Of a stretch of DNA of 64,000 nucleotides, positions 61,220-64,000 are shown in pieces. The notes below the pieces were generated by a model, which saw nothing but the letters and a program-made list of their open reading frames with translations, was not told the DNA's origin and searched no databases. Made by a program: the position numbers and the translations under genes. Numbering within the stretch: position 1 is the first letter of the stretch; the number at the start of each line of letters is the position of its first letter. The DNA comes from Bacteroidia bacterium (GTDB lineage: Bacteria; Bacteroidota; Bacteroidia; UKL13-3): the NCBI GenBank assembly GCA_051861545.1, contig JBIMKP010000022.1:2025-66024 (forward strand). The letters run 5' to 3'.

Positions 61220-62776
61220 TTAAGGGTTTAACTTTAGTTTAAGAAGAAAAATTGAAGTACACACACGGTCATGAAAAACAGGATCCGACACCATGTTGGT
61301 ATTGCTGAGTTTTACCGTATTCGCCCCGGGATCGTAATCACAATCATCGGCATGGTTGAAGGTACCAACCACTATCATGTTGCCTGATTTGTCCACTGTC
61401 CAGTCGTAAACCCTTTCTTCTCCCACACCACCAAAATGAGTCAAGGAAATGAGGTTGTCGTAATCATCGCTATTAGTTACAATAAAATCTGTATAACCTC
61501 TTGCCAAAAAAGTGCTATTTCCAGATTTTCCTTCATAGAAATAGCGCAACGAATCATTGGTATTATTCATGTCACCAATAGAGTTGGTTCCAGTTATACT
61601 TGTTGCTGCCACAGAACCGCTACGGTTGTAATTTTTACTCATAAAACGGCTCACTGTGCGGGCATGCAGAAACTGGCCTGCTGTATCAAAGTCGGCAACA
61701 AAGCCGGGGAATTCTGCTGAACCAGAAACAAAGAAGGAGTCGATACTGGGATCAACATCGATCTGCTGCTGGTAGGGTAAATAGCCAGTAGCCTTTAAGC
61801 GATTTTTATAAAGGCTAATATCTGAGTTGATGAAAGGCTTAGTCCACATGCGTGTGCCGTTTTCAGCATACTTTACCAGCCATTGTTGAGGTGTTTGGCA
61901 CATGGATTTGGCATCTAATAATGTACAATAGATGATGCCTTTGTCATCCACATCAAATGAAGTTATACCGGTATAAGATAATTCATTGTATTCTAAGCCA
62001 GAAGAAACGCGCACATCAATAGTTAGTTCTAAATCCAAGTTAAGGCTGTAGCGGTATACCTTTTCTTGATATATTACATAAAAATGAGTGGCTGTAATTT
62101 TATAAGCACTTTCGATGGTATTGGAAGAGCTGCGTACTAGGAAAATAGGAAGCATAGTTGCTTTAACAAAATTGCCCTGATCAGTTAGCTTCACAAGATA
62201 GTATCTACCTGCTTGCCCAGCGATTACTCCTACTCCGGGATCCAAATCAGCCTGGCCACCTTCTAGCCAAAAAGTCATGTAAACATTTCCTGCCTCATCA
62301 GTTCGTACAAAAGTATTCTCAAACATGTGCCCTAGATTTGCAAAAGTCGGATTACCTAAGCCATAAAAATTCTTTACAAACAGAAAATTACCAGCACTGT
62401 CGTATTTGGCTAGAAACATTACATTCTTATGGTTTGAAGGAGGAATCATCCAAACCCCATTGCCAAAATCAGTAGAGTCGGAATAAAAACCAGTTACCAA
62501 AATGTTATTATTAGCATCCGTTGTTACAGAGTGCCCTTTCCTTGAAATATTATTAAGAGCTTCTGGGCCAGGTCCAAGCTCGCGATTGATATCGAAGCCC
62601 CCGCCCAACTGCTTAACCCATTGCAGACTGATTTGCGCTTGTAGTGAATAAGAAAAAAAAGTAAAAAGAAAGAGCACCAAAGCGGCTTTGCCTATTGTGC
62701 CTCTTTTAAGCCTAAAAACAGACAATAAGGGAGGCATAAAAATTAGCCTAATGCCAAATAAAATTAGTTTTTTCAT
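61220..62776 (-). CDS. hypothetical secreted beta-propeller-like protein
   Basis: 518 aa; signal sequence; SBBP-like repeats. Confidence 0.5.
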   Translation of the reverse strand: MKKLILFGIRLIFMPPLLSVFRLKRGTIGKAALVLFLFTFFSYSLQAQISLQWVKQLGGGFDINRELGPGPEALNNISRKGHSVTTDANNNILVTGFYSDSTDFGNGVWMIPPSNHKNVMFLAKYDSAGNFLFVKNFYGLGNPTFANLGHMFENTFVRTDEAGNVYMTFWLEGGQADLDPGVGVIAGQAGRYYLVKLTDQGNFVKATMLPIFLVRSSSNTIESAYKITATHFYVIYQEKVYRYSLNLDLELTIDVRVSSGLEYNELSYTGITSFDVDDKGIIYCTLLDAKSMCQTPQQWLVKYAENGTRMWTKPFINSDISLYKNRLKATGYLPYQQQIDVDPSIDSFFVSGSAEFPGFVADFDTAGQFLHARTVSRFMSKNYNRSGSVAATSITGTNSIGDMNNTNDSLRYFYEGKSGNSTFLARGYTDFIVTNSDDYDNLISLTHFGGVGEERVYDWTVDKSGNMIVVGTFNHADDCDYDPGANTVKLSNTNMVSDPVFHDRVCTSIFLLKLKLNP

Positions 62777-62930
62777 GATTCAATTTTTATTAGTTAGTTT
62801 TTTGATCCCCAAATGAAATAAATTGAGAACCTAAAACTTTGTATTACAAAGTTATTTTTAACTAAAAAATAAAACATCCTCTTTTTGATGGATGTTTAAA
62901 AAATCATATAAAAAAGGGAGTAAAAATTTG

Positions 62931-63587
62931 CTAGTCTATAAATTCCAAATCAATGGCTTTCTTTATAAGACAGGTTATTTTATCTACATTAAACTTATAA
63001 AAAAGTTTTTGTTTATGGCTTACTACAGTATGCTGACTAATAAATAGCGTTTCTGCAATTTGGTTAATGGTTAATCCTTTGGCTATTAAATCTAAAACTT
63101 CCTTTTCACGAGTGGATAGTTTTGGCAAAATGGCTTTAGTAGTTGATTCGCTCCCCACCTCATTTGTGAATAAGATTTTGTTTTTAATTTCCTCACTAAA
63201 AAATTGTATTCCTTGGGCAATACTTGTTATTGCGCTAATTAATAGCTCTTTATCAGCGTTTTTAAAAAGATAGCCATCAACCTTCGTTTTAATCAATGCT
63301 TTAATAATTTGAGTTTCTTCGTGCATTGATAAGATTAGGATTTTAATTGATGGAAACTGTTTTTTTATCGTTTGGCTAAGTGCTATTCCATCTATTTCTG
63401 GCATACTGATATCGCTAATTAAAACATCAATAATTGCTAAATTGGGTTGATTTAATAATTCTTTTGCACTAGAAGCAGTGATAAGAATATTGAAATTTTC
63501 TATGTCTTTCAATAATGAAGTCAGCCCTTCTAAAAAAAGGGAATGATCATCAACTATGGCAATGTTTATTTTCTTCATCATATTCAA
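62931..63587 (-). CDS. LuxR/NarL-family response regulator
   Basis: REC domain (IAIVDDH...DVLISDISMP) plus C-terminal LuxR HTH (LSTREKEVLDLIAKGLTINQIAETLFIS). Confidence 0.85.
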   Translation of the reverse strand: MNMMKKINIAIVDDHSLFLEGLTSLLKDIENFNILITASSAKELLNQPNLAIIDVLISDISMPEIDGIALSQTIKKQFPSIKILILSMHEETQIIKALIKTKVDGYLFKNADKELLISAITSIAQGIQFFSEEIKNKILFTNEVGSESTTKAILPKLSTREKEVLDLIAKGLTINQIAETLFISQHTVVSHKQKLFYKFNVDKITCLIKKAIDLEFID

Positions 63588-63593
63588 AACTCA

Positions 63594-64000
63594 TTAACAA
63601 GGTATGGTAATATTAAAGGCTGAACCTCTTCCCATAACTGAGTCAATAATCAGTTTTCCTCCCAGTGCTTTTGTTCTTGTTTCTATATTTCGTAACCCTA
63701 TTCCTGTTTTTTTAGTTGTAGAGTCAAATCCCGACCCATTATCTTCAAAAACTAAGTTTAATTCGTGCTCAAATTTGTTTAGATTAATTTCGATTTTGGT
63801 TCCATTAGAATGGGTTATAGAATTCTTAAGCAATTCTTGAATCATCCTATAAACAGTTACTTGAATTTCTTCTGATAATTGGTTTATTTTATCTTCTTCT
63901 AAATAATCTAAGGTAATTTCAAGACTAGTAGCATCCTTGATGTCGTTGACCAAATTATTGATGATTTTAATAAAAATGGAATCTTTGAGTTGTGGAGTAA
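63594..64000 (-). CDS. sensor histidine kinase, C-terminal HATPase part (partial; continues past the window end)
   Basis: N-box LKNSITHS, G-boxes DNGSGF, GIGLRN, GRGSAF. Confidence 0.7.
   Translation of the reverse strand, partial: TPQLKDSIFIKIINNLVNDIKDATSLEITLDYLEEDKINQLSEEIQVTVYRMIQELLKNSITHSNGTKIEINLNKFEHELNLVFEDNGSGFDSTTKKTGIGLRNIETRTKALGGKLIIDSVMGRGSAFNITIPC

Noticed and set aside
1-64000. CRISPR arrays, rRNA or tRNA genes
   Set aside because: There are no regularly spaced direct repeats. A search for conserved tRNA T-loop (GGTTCGAATCC-like) and rRNA signatures found nothing. The only structured RNA recognised is rnpB.

Overview
This is a low-GC (about one-third G+C) chromosomal segment with Bacteroidetes features: sigma-A promoters of the -33 TTG / -7 TAnnTTTG type and many secreted proteins carrying T9SS C-terminal sorting domains.

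The first ~44 kb is mostly core genes. They include a tyrosine-catabolism pair (hppD, hmgA), a ParE-like topoisomerase B subunit, fmt, tsaC/sua5, a sigma-54 response regulator, ppk1 followed by an unannotated RNase P RNA (rnpB), a CCA-adding enzyme, a Sir2 deacylase, an ACMSD-like amidohydrolase and an AIM24-family protein. Interspersed accessory modules are a HigB/HigA toxin-antitoxin pair whose toxin carries an in-frame TAG, a beta-lactamase/acetyltransferase/methyltransferase operon, an ArsR-family regulator / MBL-rhodanese / OsmC cluster resembling a persulfide-detox module, and two very large repeat-rich T9SS cargo proteins.

Three copies of a previously unnamed ~244-bp palindromic MITE-like element are present, each with GGGCCYGCTGAAAA terminal inverted repeats and 6-7 bp TA...TA target-site duplications. 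One copy splits a GNAT acetyltransferase gene.

From ~44.3 to 59.1 kb lies an accessory island. It opens with a 1-kb non-coding gap containing a GC-rich perfect hairpin. It then holds a frameshifted SMI1/KNR4 (SUKH) immunity-type gene, several small lipoprotein and membrane-protein genes, a Fic-domain gene, a Tat-signal flavin amine oxidase and a degenerate IS3-family insertion sequence. Four of these minus-strand genes are each preceded by a near-identical ~100-bp upstream module (a Bacteroidetes-type promoter plus a conserved ~50-bp upstream sequence). This cassette-like arrangement is reminiscent of orphan-immunity gene arrays, but no recombinase is visible in the window.

No CRISPR array, rRNA or tRNA was found.
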